Assembly (NCBI GenBank): GCA_964527315.1
Contig: CAZGOQ010000001.1
Span: 7,972 to 71,971 of the forward strand
DNA: 64,000 nucleotides
Origin: an uncultured Oscillospiraceae bacterium
GTDB lineage: Bacteria; Bacillota; Clostridia; Oscillospirales; Oscillospiraceae
Direction: 5' to 3'
Shown in pieces: positions 17,872-26,732 of the stretch. The first letter of the stretch is position 1, and every line of letters starts with the position of its first letter. A program made the translations under genes and the position numbers. Under the pieces are notes generated by a model that was not told where the DNA came from, did no database searches, and worked only from the letters and a program-made list of their open reading frames with translations.

Positions 17872-19812
17872 GTGAGCACTCCAAACGGAAATAAAAACGG
17901 AAATAAAAACAGCAATTCCGACGGGCCAAAGCTGGGACCCGTACTGCCGATTATAACATTGGCCGTAATTCTTGTGCTGCTGTTTAACTTCATCTATTCC
18001 AGCTATGCCAACTCTATGCTGGAGGAGATTTCCTACGATAAGTTCATTGATATGTTAGAAGCCGACGAAATCGAAGAGGTGGAAATTCAGACAGATCGAA
18101 TTTTGATCAAGACCAAAGAGCAGGCCAAGGAGCCGGAGACACAGCAGGTGATCTATTACACCGGATATATTCAGGACGATGAACTGATTGCAGAACTCAA
18201 AAATAGTGACGTCCGTTTTTATCAAGAGGTTGTGGACGAACTTTCTCCCATTTTGCAGATTCTGCTGTCCTATGTGGTGCCCTTTCTGATTATCATTCTG
18301 CTGTTCAATTTCCTGATGCGGAATGTGTCGGGAAAAATAGGCGGCGGCATGAGCATTGGTCAGAGCAAGGCCAAGGTCTTTATGGAAAAAGAGACCGGCG
18401 TGACCTTTGCGGATGTGGCCGGTCAGGATGAAGCCAAGGAGTCTTTGCAGGAGATCATCGACTTTTTGCATAACCCGCAGAAATATGCAGCTATTGGCGC
18501 AAAAATTCCAAAAGGTGCGCTGCTGGTAGGCTCTCCCGGTACCGGTAAAACTCTTCTGGCAAAGGCGGTAGCCGGTGAGGCCGGCGTTCCCTTCTTCTTT
18601 ATCTCCGGCTCCGATTTTGTGGAAATGTTCGTGGGCGTGGGCGCTAGCCGCGTCCGTGATTTGTTCCAGCAGGCCTCCAAGCAGGCCCCCGCCATTATCT
18701 TTATCGACGAGATCGACGCCATTGGGAAAAGCCGCGATAACCGTTTGGGCAGCAACGATGAACGGGAACAGACCCTCAACCAGCTGCTCTCTGAGATCGA
18801 CGGGTTCGATTCCTCCAAAGGCGTGGTAATTTTAGCCGCCACCAACCGGCCTGAAATTCTGGACAAGGCCCTGCTGCGGGCGGGCCGCTTTGACCGGCGG
18901 ATTATTGTGGACAAGCCCAATTTAGCGGGCCGTCTCCAAACGCTGAAGGTTCACACGAAGAACATTAAACTCACAGAGGATGTTGACCTCAACCGCATCG
19001 CTCAAGTCACAGCCGGCGCGGTAGGCGCCGACCTGGCCAACCTGGTGAACGAGGCCGCTCTGAGAGCGGTCCGACTTGGGCGGAACGCCGTCAATCAGGA
19101 GGATCTCCTGGTTTCTTTCGAAGTTGTCATTGCCGGTACTGAGAAAAAAGGCACGGTGCTCACCGACATTGAAAAGCGTATTGTCTCTTATCATGAGGTG
19201 GGCCATGCGCTGGTGGCAGCTCTGCAAAAGCATTCCGCCCCGGTGCAGAAAATCACCATTGTCCCCCATACCTCTGGCGCATTGGGCTACACGCTCCAGA
19301 TGGAGGAGGAGGAAAAATTCCTCAATTCTAAGGATGAATTGATTACGGAACTTCGCACTCTTCTGGCAGGACGGGCCGCTGAGGAAGTAGTTTTTGGCAC
19401 AAAAACTACCGGTGCGGCGAATGACATCGAAAAGGCCACCAATCTGGCCCGGAAGATGATCATGCAGTTTGGCATGAGCGAAAAATTCGGCCTGATGGCG
19501 TTGGCAACCACAGAAAGCCAGTACCTGAGTGGGCAAAGTGCTCTGAACTGTGCGGAATCCACCGCCGCCGAAGCGGACGCGGAAGTGCGCACCCTGCTTC
19601 AGACTTGCTATGAAGATGCTTGTCGGATATTACGGGAAAATCGAACCCATCTGGATGAGATCGCCCTGTTCCTGCTGACCAAGGAGACCATCACCGGAGA
19701 CGAGTTCATGGCATTTTTGAAAGAGCCGGATGCGCTTCCGAAGGAAATCCCGGCGCGTGATGACTCAGCAGGAAGCGCAAAGTCTATCGACGCGGGAGAA
19801 AATCAGAAATAA
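17872..19812 (+). CDS. ftsH: ATP-dependent zinc metalloprotease FtsH
   Basis: [23 protein letters not shown] Walker A, an AAA SRH region and an HEVGHAL zinc site. GTG at 17872 is 7 nt after AAGGAGG. Confidence 0.95.
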   Translation: MSTPNGNKNGNKNSNSDGPKLGPVLPIITLAVILVLLFNFIYSSYANSMLEEISYDKFIDMLEADEIEEVEIQTDRILIKTKEQAKEPETQQVIYYTGYIQDDELIAELKNSDVRFYQEVVDELSPILQILLSYVVPFLIIILLFNFLMRNVSGKIGGGMSIGQSKAKVFMEKETGVTFADVAGQDEAKESLQEIIDFLHNPQKYAAIGAKIPKGALLVGSPGTGKTLLAKAVAGEAGVPFFFISGSDFVEMFVGVGASRVRDLFQQASKQAPAIIFIDEIDAIGKSRDNRLGSNDEREQTLNQLLSEIDGFDSSKGVVILAATNRPEILDKALLRAGRFDRRIIVDKPNLAGRLQTLKVHTKNIKLTEDVDLNRIAQVTAGAVGADLANLVNEAALRAVRLGRNAVNQEDLLVSFEVVIAGTEKKGTVLTDIEKRIVSYHEVGHALVAALQKHSAPVQKITIVPHTSGALGYTLQMEEEEKFLNSKDELITELRTLLAGRAAEEVVFGTKTTGAANDIEKATNLARKMIMQFGMSEKFGLMALATTESQYLSGQSALNCAESTAAEADAEVRTLLQTCYEDACRILRENRTHLDEIALFLLTKETITGDEFMAFLKEPDALPKEIPARDDSAGSAKSIDAGENQK

Positions 19813-19816
19813 ACAA

Positions 19817-19855
19817 AAGGGCACGCTGCAAAATGCGATTTTGCAGCGTGCCCTT
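19817..19855 (+). terminator. ftsH terminator; palindromic-family copy 1
   Basis: Perfect 18-bp stem AAGGGCACGCTGCAAAAT / ATTTTGCAGCGTGCCCTT with a 3-nt loop GCG. Confidence 0.7.
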
Positions 19856-19938
19856 GCAAGATTTCCGGCAAAATTGTCGAAATCTTTTTGATTGACAAAT
19901 TTGATATAATAAGAGAAAAAGAATTGGAGGAATGCTGC

Positions 19939-20754
19939 TTGATCTGCTTTGACCGATCTTTATGTATCAACTGCGGAAAATGTGTCTGGGACTGCTTTCC
20001 CGGCGCAATCACCATGGACAACGCCGGGCCGGAACTCACCAATCCACCCGCCTGTATCGGCTGCGGCCACTGCATCGCCATTTGTCCGAGAAACGCTGTG
20101 TCTGACAATGCGCTGCCGGGAGATGATGTGATCCCATCCCAACCGGGGCCTGTTTCTCCTGACTGTTTGCTGACGATGATGAAAGGCCGCCGCTCCTGCC
20201 GGCATTATACCCAGGCTGCTGTTTCCCCGGAAGAAATCAAGCTGCTGCTCTCCGCCGCCAGGGCCTGCCCCACCGCGAAAAATCTCCAGGGCACCCGTTA
20301 TATCGCCGTCACAGAGCATATCTCCCCCCTCCTGGATCTGGCGATTTCCGCGCTGGGGAATCTCGGCAGACTGCAAAGGGAAACCGCCACAGACCCGGAC
20401 GAACTTCGGCGGGCGGAAAATTTTGTCCGCTGGGCGGAGCAACGGAAAAAGGACAAAAACTTTGATCCATTGTTTTTCCATGCCCCGCTGCTTCTGCTGT
20501 TTGTCTCAGACAGGACGGACGCCCGGGATGCCGCCGCGACGGCCGCCTATGTGGAACTGATGGCTGCGTCCCTTGGTCTCGGCTGTCTCTACAGCGGCTA
20601 CTTCACCGCCTGCGCGGCGGGCAGTTCCGAGATCCGTACATTTTTGAAGCTGACAGAACAGGAGCAGGTCGCCCGCTGTCTGGTGCTGGGCCATCCGGAT
20701 GTCAAATTTATACGATCCGCTCCGAGAAAACCGGTCGATCTGACTCGAATCTGA
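19939..20754 (+). CDS. 4Fe-4S ferredoxin domain fused to nitroreductase family protein
   Basis: CINCGKCVWDC and CIGCGHCIAICP clusters followed by a nitroreductase fold (RRSCRHYT...). The start is placed at TTG 19939, 8 nt after GGAGG. Confidence 0.75.
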   Translation: MICFDRSLCINCGKCVWDCFPGAITMDNAGPELTNPPACIGCGHCIAICPRNAVSDNALPGDDVIPSQPGPVSPDCLLTMMKGRRSCRHYTQAAVSPEEIKLLLSAARACPTAKNLQGTRYIAVTEHISPLLDLAISALGNLGRLQRETATDPDELRRAENFVRWAEQRKKDKNFDPLFFHAPLLLLFVSDRTDARDAAATAAYVELMAASLGLGCLYSGYFTACAAGSSEIRTFLKLTEQEQVARCLVLGHPDVKFIRSAPRKPVDLTRI

Positions 20755-20776
20755 CCACCATGCAATCCATTGTATC

Positions 20777-21745
20777 TCAGGTCTGGATCGGCAGCGGTTC
20801 CCTGTCAAGATCCACATATTCATAGGCCCTCTTATAGACACTCTCCGCTTCGTCTTTGACCACTGTGACCCGATGACGACTCAGCAGTTCCACAATAGGA
20901 TAGGCGTCAATCCAGATCTCGTTATCCGATTCCTTCTGGCTTTCATCAAACACCAGTTCTATGCCGAAGTGGAGATGCACCACCCGGATGTTGTTGGTAT
21001 TCTCCGTGTCGGAATAACCTGTGCGCCCCATAAATCCGATGATATCTCCGGCGTTTACGGTGTCGCCCTCTTTCAGACCCGGTACATAGGGCTTGTCCTT
21101 TTGCAGATGGGCATAATAGTAATAGCGCTTTTTGTCAAAGGAGCGAATGCCGATCCGCCAGCCGCCGTAACGATTCCATCCAAGGGCTTCTACCGTGCCG
21201 CCCTCTACGGCGGCAATGGGCGCGCCCAGAGTTCCCATCAGGTCGTTGCCCAGATGCTTTCGCGCAAAGCCAAAGCTTCGGGCATTGCCAAAATCCCGGG
21301 AGTGGGAAAATCCAAATCCGGCGGCCACCGGGCAAAAGGCTTTCAGACCATACTCCGCTTTCCATGCGCCATCGGGGGCCTTGATGGCGTAGCTGCCCAG
21401 CAGCCCGGATAGCACAGCGCCGTAAGCGTCATGATAGTAGTTATAGTCTTTCATCTGACCGCCCAGAATTTCAGAAACCGACGCATCGCCCTGCAGCAGT
21501 TCTGCGGCTGCATGAACCTGCCCGGTAGAGAGTTTTCCGCTTCCGTTTTTGGTCGCGGCCAGCGCCAGAATATCCACCCAGTCCAGGGGCTTCTCCTGCC
21601 CTTGGGATTCAATATCAAGATTCATGGCGGTCTCCAACGCGCCAACGGGCACGTCAAAGTCCACCCATGTAATGTAATCTGCCGCGTCGGTGCCCCCTGT
21701 CAGCAGGCAAAGCGACAAAATCAGACAAAGAAATTTACGGCACAC
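20777..21745 (-). CDS. secreted M23 family metallopeptidase
   Basis: HLGND (HxxxD) and VHLHFG (HxH) motifs with a signal-like N-terminus CRKFLCLILSLCLL. GTG 21745 lies 8 nt after GGGAGGTG. Confidence 0.8.
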   Translation of the reverse strand: MCRKFLCLILSLCLLTGGTDAADYITWVDFDVPVGALETAMNLDIESQGQEKPLDWVDILALAATKNGSGKLSTGQVHAAAELLQGDASVSEILGGQMKDYNYYHDAYGAVLSGLLGSYAIKAPDGAWKAEYGLKAFCPVAAGFGFSHSRDFGNARSFGFARKHLGNDLMGTLGAPIAAVEGGTVEALGWNRYGGWRIGIRSFDKKRYYYYAHLQKDKPYVPGLKEGDTVNAGDIIGFMGRTGYSDTENTNNIRVVHLHFGIELVFDESQKESDNEIWIDAYPIVELLSRHRVTVVKDEAESVYKRAYEYVDLDREPLPIQT

Positions 21746-21780
21746 GTCAACCACCTCCCGGTTAGCGTGTGCCGTTTTTT
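21737..21780 (-). promoter_or_regulatory. hairpin enclosing the RBS and start codon of the M23 peptidase gene
   Basis: 10-bp stem ACGGCACACG (21737-21746) / CGTGTGCCGT (21766-21775). The 19-nt loop carries the SD, and the GTG start (21745-21743) lies in the stem. Confidence 0.45.
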
Positions 21781-21817
21781 GATCAAATATTGCTGAAAAT
21801 TTATGCCACAAACAGAC

Positions 21818-22738
21818 CTAGCTTTCCGCTTCCATCAGATTTTTCGCCCGCTGCACCTCGGCGTCCGCCTCCACATCCAGGCCATCCCGCCGAAGATCTT
21901 CGGCGATCTCCATGTGCATATGATAGGCGTCCTCTATCCTTCTCATCTTTGCAAAACAACATGCTTTGGTATATTTTGCGTCTACATAGTCAGGCCGCAT
22001 TTTCAGGGCTTTTTCCGCAAACGCCAGCGCCTCCTGAAATTTTCCCAGAAAACCGTACACATCGCCTGCATGGATATAAAGTTCCCATTCCTCCGGAAAT
22101 TTTTCAATGGCTTGCGTCACACGAGCATAGGCATCCTCATACCGCTTCGCATGGATCAGCGCCACCACAAGCAGTACCCAGTTTTCCGCCTGCCCGGGAT
22201 CCTGTTCCAAAACTTCCTTCTGCCGGACCACAGCTTCCTCCGCTTTTCCCAACAGGGCGCCCAACCGCATTTGCTGCTCTATGATCCGGCGGCGCACTGT
22301 GCTGTCCTCCGCCGTGCATTCCTGCAGTGCCCGTTCCAGCCAGTAGAGCGCCTTTTCCCGGCAGTCCATCATCATGAACTGATACATGATGCCAAACGTC
22401 CTCAAATCCTCCGCACTGTATTCCTGCCGGGCAATTAATTTTTTAAACTCCTGCTCCACCCGGAGAAAATCCGCAGTTTCTCTGCTGGCTTCATAGATGG
22501 ACGAAAGACGCTGGGCATAGTTTTCATAGGCCACAGCCCTTTTCCGAAAGAGATCGTCGATCGTAACGCCGTAAAATTCTGCGATCTGCGGCAGCAGGGT
22601 CACATCCGGAAAGGTTGTTCCGCACTCCCGGCGGGAAACCGTCTGGGCGCTGACGTTCAGACACTCTCCAACGCTCTCCTGTGTCAGCTGTTTTGCTTGC
22701 CGTAAGTTCTTCAAATTGGCAGATAAAATCTCATTCAT
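21818..22738 (-). CDS. XRE-family HTH transcriptional regulator with C-terminal TPR domain
   Basis: LKNLRQAKQLTQESVGECLNVSAQTVSRRECG is an HTH_3 motif, followed by about 230 aa of TPR-like helical repeats. ATG 22738 follows GGAGGAATTGAG. Confidence 0.8.
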   Translation of the reverse strand: MNEILSANLKNLRQAKQLTQESVGECLNVSAQTVSRRECGTTFPDVTLLPQIAEFYGVTIDDLFRKRAVAYENYAQRLSSIYEASRETADFLRVEQEFKKLIARQEYSAEDLRTFGIMYQFMMMDCREKALYWLERALQECTAEDSTVRRRIIEQQMRLGALLGKAEEAVVRQKEVLEQDPGQAENWVLLVVALIHAKRYEDAYARVTQAIEKFPEEWELYIHAGDVYGFLGKFQEALAFAEKALKMRPDYVDAKYTKACCFAKMRRIEDAYHMHMEIAEDLRRDGLDVEADAEVQRAKNLMEAES

Positions 22739-22739
22739 C

Positions 22740-22976
22740 TCAATTCCTCCAAATCGGTTGATCTTGCAGCTGCTGATGATAGGATAGCCCATTTTGCTGC
22801 GACTTTCCACCGCAGGATTTGAGACCACGCTCTTTGATTATGCGTTTTATGCCAAAGGACACCGGCACAAGGTAGGGGAATTCCGCCCCATGAAAGCCGA
22901 TGGTGAGCGTATCACAGCGGCGCAGAATTTCCATCCGTTCATCCCGATCCGTGATTTCTCTGTCTTTTCGAAGCAT
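22740..22976 (-). pseudogene. truncated pyridoxamine 5'-phosphate oxidase-family (Pyridox_ox_2-like) gene fragment
   Basis: The first ~45 aa (MLRKDREITDRDERMEILRRCDTLTIGFHGAEFPYLVPVSFG) match the N-terminus of ~150-aa family members. The remainder is unrelated, and the stop abuts the XRE start. Confidence 0.4.
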
Positions 22977-22981
22977 TTTCT

Positions 22982-24271
22982 TTATCCCAATGTAACCGGC
23001 GGCTTCGGCTCGTTCTTGCTCCGGGCGCTGGTTCTGCCCTCGGGCCGGATCTCTCCCGCCGCAGTCAGGGACCGCTTGGTCAGCGCCGGGCCTGCCAATT
23101 CATAGACCAGCACGGAAAACAGCACCACATTCCGCACCACCGCGCCATCGGAAAGGGACGTGGCTGTCAGCGCCATACCCAAGGCTACACCGGCCTGCGG
23201 CAGCAGCGTAATACCCAGATGTTTTGTGATCGTTTCATTGCACCGGGTCAGCTTGCAGCTCCCATAGGCGCCGAAATACTTTCCCAACGACCGGGCGAAA
23301 ATATAAACAACGCCAATGAGCAGAACCAGCGGATTGCTTAAAATATTCAAATCCAGTTCTGCGCCGGATAGGACAAAAAAGAGAATATTCAGCGGCACCG
23401 TCCAGCCGTCCACTCTGTCCATCAGTTCCTCCGAAGTTTCGCAGACATTGCAGAAGACCGTGCCGGTCATCATGCAGACAAGCAGCAGAGAGAAGCCGCA
23501 CTGCAGCCCCGCCACCTCAAATTCCAGCATGGAAAGGCCCACCGTCAGCAGCACAAAGCCCACGGAAATGGACATGCGCTTGCTTCTGGAATGGAAAAAC
23601 TGTTCTACAAAATTCAGCAGCAGACCCATGATCGTGCCCAGGCCAAGGCTCAGAACAATCTCGATCAGCGGCTCAAGGACTACCTCCACAACACTGACGC
23701 CCCCCTGCTCCAGTGCGCCGGCAATCCCGAAGGACACGGAAAACAGCACCAGCCCCACCGCATCGTCAATGGCCACCACCAAAAGCAGCAGCCGAGTCAG
23801 CGGGCCGTCGGCCTTATACTGCTGCACCACCATCAGGGTCGCCGCCGGCGCCGTAGCCGCCGCAATCGCTCCGAGGGTAATAGCGGAGGGGACTGAAATC
23901 AGATCCGGCTTTATGATATGCAGCAGCACCAGAGCAAGATCCACCAAAATAGTCGTCGTCACCGCCTGAAAAATTCCTATGGTAACAGCCTGCTTCCCCA
24001 TGGATTTGAGCTGGCTGAGTCGGAATTCATTGCCAATGGTGAAGGCAATAAAGCCCAGCGCCGCCTGGCTGATGATGCTCAGCGAGCCAACCTCATCCAA
24101 AGAGGAAAAGCCAAACCCCGGCATATGTAATGCACCGATGCAGAAAGGTCCCAGCAACAGTCCGGCTACAAGATAAGCAGTCACTGCGGGAAGGTGCAGC
24201 TTTTTCGCCAGCCTGGACATCAGCAGGCCGCCGATGATTGCCACTGCCAGCGAAATCAGATAGAATTCCAT
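22982..24271 (-). CDS. cation:proton antiporter (CPA2 / Na_H_exchanger family)
   Basis: 429-aa polytopic protein with a HLPAVTAYLVAGLLLGP N-terminal signature. Confidence 0.8.
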   Translation of the reverse strand: MEFYLISLAVAIIGGLLMSRLAKKLHLPAVTAYLVAGLLLGPFCIGALHMPGFGFSSLDEVGSLSIISQAALGFIAFTIGNEFRLSQLKSMGKQAVTIGIFQAVTTTILVDLALVLLHIIKPDLISVPSAITLGAIAAATAPAATLMVVQQYKADGPLTRLLLLVVAIDDAVGLVLFSVSFGIAGALEQGGVSVVEVVLEPLIEIVLSLGLGTIMGLLLNFVEQFFHSRSKRMSISVGFVLLTVGLSMLEFEVAGLQCGFSLLLVCMMTGTVFCNVCETSEELMDRVDGWTVPLNILFFVLSGAELDLNILSNPLVLLIGVVYIFARSLGKYFGAYGSCKLTRCNETITKHLGITLLPQAGVALGMALTATSLSDGAVVRNVVLFSVLVYELAGPALTKRSLTAAGEIRPEGRTSARSKNEPKPPVTLG

Positions 24272-24307
24272 AACAATTCGCTTCCTCTTTTTTTTCTTTC
24301 ACGCAGT

Positions 24308-24336
24308 ATGATAGCACCTTGTTTTTGGATGTGCAA
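24308..24336 (-). promoter_or_regulatory. promoter of antiporter operon
   Basis: Minus strand TTGCAC (24336-24331), 17-nt spacer, TATCAT (24313-24308) with a TGC extension. Confidence 0.4.
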
Positions 24337-24367
24337 GAATATTTTCATAAGATACCAAAATTACAAA

Positions 24368-24402
24368 GGGCGCGTTGCAAAATTGCATTTTGCAACGCGC
24401 TC
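24368..24402 (-). terminator. terminator after oxidoreductase gene; palindromic-family copy 2
   Basis: 14-bp perfect stem GCGCGTTGCAAAAT / ATTTTGCAACGCGC with loop TGC, extendable by GG/(T)C. T-runs lie on both sides. Confidence 0.6.
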
Positions 24403-24525
24403 CTTTTTGATTGAATGTAAAGGCGGGTCCTACCCACTGTATTTTTCCTCTGCCGCTCTGTCCCTGCGAAATATCTTTCTATTTTGCTTCCAACTTTTTT
24501 GCAGCAGGCCGGACTTGATAAACGA

Positions 24526-26520
24526 TCAGATGCGGGTCGCGGCGTCGTAGGCCATTCTGGTGGCTGTCCGGACATTTTTCGCAATCACACAGTCGCCGAT
24601 GGGCATAAACTCGGGGGCGGTCATGCGGAAGCTTTCAGCCAAATCCTGACGGGGCCGCATACCGGAGGACATGACCACCACGTCGCAGGTCACAAACTGT
24701 TCCTTGCCATCCTTGTCCACAAAGGAAACGCCCTTGTCGGTGATGCCGGTGCAGCGTGCGCCGGTGTAAATGTCGATGCATTTTTCCATCTTGCCAAGCA
24801 TGACGCCTCTCGTCAGATGGAAGGTCTCGGGACACAGTTCAGGCAACATCTCAATGACAGAGACCTCCTTGCCCTTTTCAGCCAGCGCCAAAGCGGTCTC
24901 ACAGCCGACCTCGCCGCCTCCAATGAGAACAACTTTCTTTCCAATCTCGTCAATGTGCTTGTAGCACTCCTCCGCGATTATGACATTCTTGCCATCGGTG
25001 CCTGGGATGGGCGGAATAAAGGCATTTGCGCCCACCGCAGCCAAAACCCAATCAGCTTTCTCGGCTTCGATCATTTCAGGGGTTGCTTCGGTATTCAGAG
25101 TCACGTTGACGCCCAGCTTCTTCACCAGATTGATCTGGTAGTTCATAAACTTGGCCAGGTCATACTTGAAGGAAACCTGCTCGGAGAATACCAGCTTGCC
25201 GCCCAGACGGTCAGCCTTTTCATAGATGGTAACGTTATGGCCACGCTTAGCTGCCACAATGGCTGCTTCCATACCGGAGGGGCCGCCGCCAATGATGATG
25301 ACCTTCTTTTTCTCGCCCACGGGGGGGATCAGATCCTTCAGCTGATCCTCGCGGCCCACGGTGGGGTTGACAGAACAGGCAAAAGCCTTGGTGGAGGGCT
25401 TCTGGTATTCCAGACAGTGGAAACACTTGATACAGGGGATGATCTCGTCCTCTTCCATCGCCTTGGCCTTATTAGGCATCTGAGGATCCGCAATGGTGCC
25501 GCGGGCCATGGCAATCAGATCCGCGCCGCCTGTGGCCAGCGTCTCCTCCATGAAGGCGGGATCCTGGAACGCACCCAGCGTCAGAACCGGCTGCGGGACA
25601 CCCAGTTCCTTGATTCTCCGGGCAAAACGGGCGTTCTGGCCGGGTTTATGGAAGATGGTAGGATGCATAATGGCTTCCGTGCCGGGGATGGACATATTGC
25701 CGGCGGAAATATGTGCGATATCAATGCGGTCACCGGCCATTTTCAAAAATTCCGCAATGTCCTCGGGCTTCAGCTGCTGATCCGCGTTCGGATAGCCCAC
25801 CTCGTCCGCCAGTTCACAGCCGGAGATCCGGTACTCAATGTTGATCTTATGTCCCACGCGGCCCCGGATTGCATCCAAAATCATCATGGGGAACCGGCAG
25901 CGGTTCTCGAAGGATCCGCCAAACTCGTCTGTACGATGGTTAAACAGAGGACTCATGAACCGGTTGATGACCAGGCCATGACCGCCGTGAATCAGAATAG
26001 AGTCAAAGCCCACCGCAACGGCCTGCTCAGCCACATTGGCGTAATCCTCGGCAATTGCCTCCATGGCCTCCCTGGTCAGCATAGGGCGCTCGGAGCCGTC
26101 GGGGCCGGGGGCGCCGTCTACGCTGTAGAAGAAATGGTCGCCCTTGCCCTTCTCGCCGCCAGTCCAGCCGGAGTAGAAGAAAGCCAGCAGTTCGATGGAC
26201 GCTTTTGCGCCGTAGTAGTGGATCTGATCCACGCACTTTTGCCAGTAACGGTGATAGGTAGTCTGACGCAGATCCAGATTGTGCCAGCCGGGCCGGAAGG
26301 GCGCCATAGAATTCATATCATGACCGGCAATGGTCACGGATGCAGTGCCGCCGCGGGCCTTCTCCACATAGTAGGCGCGATATGCGTCGGTGGGATAAGG
26401 CTCGTCCGTCTGCAAAAGATGCGGCGTCGCAGGCGCCTGAAAAATACGGTTTTTATATACCACATTGCCAATTTTAATGGGAGAAAACAATGTGGGATAC
26501 TTGGGATGAATCATGGTCAT
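24526..26520 (-). CDS. NADH:flavin oxidoreductase (OYE-like TIM barrel) fused to FAD/NAD(P)-binding domain (2,4-dienoyl-CoA reductase-like)
   Basis: 664 aa with an OYE-type N-terminal half and VIIIGGGPSGMEAA and VVLIGGGEVGCE dinucleotide-binding motifs. Confidence 0.85.
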   Translation of the reverse strand: MTMIHPKYPTLFSPIKIGNVVYKNRIFQAPATPHLLQTDEPYPTDAYRAYYVEKARGGTASVTIAGHDMNSMAPFRPGWHNLDLRQTTYHRYWQKCVDQIHYYGAKASIELLAFFYSGWTGGEKGKGDHFFYSVDGAPGPDGSERPMLTREAMEAIAEDYANVAEQAVAVGFDSILIHGGHGLVINRFMSPLFNHRTDEFGGSFENRCRFPMMILDAIRGRVGHKINIEYRISGCELADEVGYPNADQQLKPEDIAEFLKMAGDRIDIAHISAGNMSIPGTEAIMHPTIFHKPGQNARFARRIKELGVPQPVLTLGAFQDPAFMEETLATGGADLIAMARGTIADPQMPNKAKAMEEDEIIPCIKCFHCLEYQKPSTKAFACSVNPTVGREDQLKDLIPPVGEKKKVIIIGGGPSGMEAAIVAAKRGHNVTIYEKADRLGGKLVFSEQVSFKYDLAKFMNYQINLVKKLGVNVTLNTEATPEMIEAEKADWVLAAVGANAFIPPIPGTDGKNVIIAEECYKHIDEIGKKVVLIGGGEVGCETALALAEKGKEVSVIEMLPELCPETFHLTRGVMLGKMEKCIDIYTGARCTGITDKGVSFVDKDGKEQFVTCDVVVMSSGMRPRQDLAESFRMTAPEFMPIGDCVIAKNVRTATRMAYDAATRI

Positions 26521-26546
26521 GTATCCTCCTTTGTGTTTATAGATTT

Positions 26547-26575
26547 ATTCTACAGGATTTTGTTTGGAAATGCAA
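26547..26575 (-). promoter_or_regulatory. promoter of oxidoreductase gene
   Basis: Minus strand TTGCAT (26575-26570), 17-nt spacer, TAGAAT (26552-26547). Confidence 0.45.
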
Positions 26576-26732
26576 CTGTTTTACGGGTTCATTTCTACTG
26601 TTTTTGTATCATTTTTCAAATCGATATGTTTCATGTCGCAATTCATTTGTATTTCCAATAAAATACGGCGCGGATCCGGAAATATCCCAAATTCGCGCCG
26701 ACAGGATTATGTCATGGAACCTTTTAGGGAAA

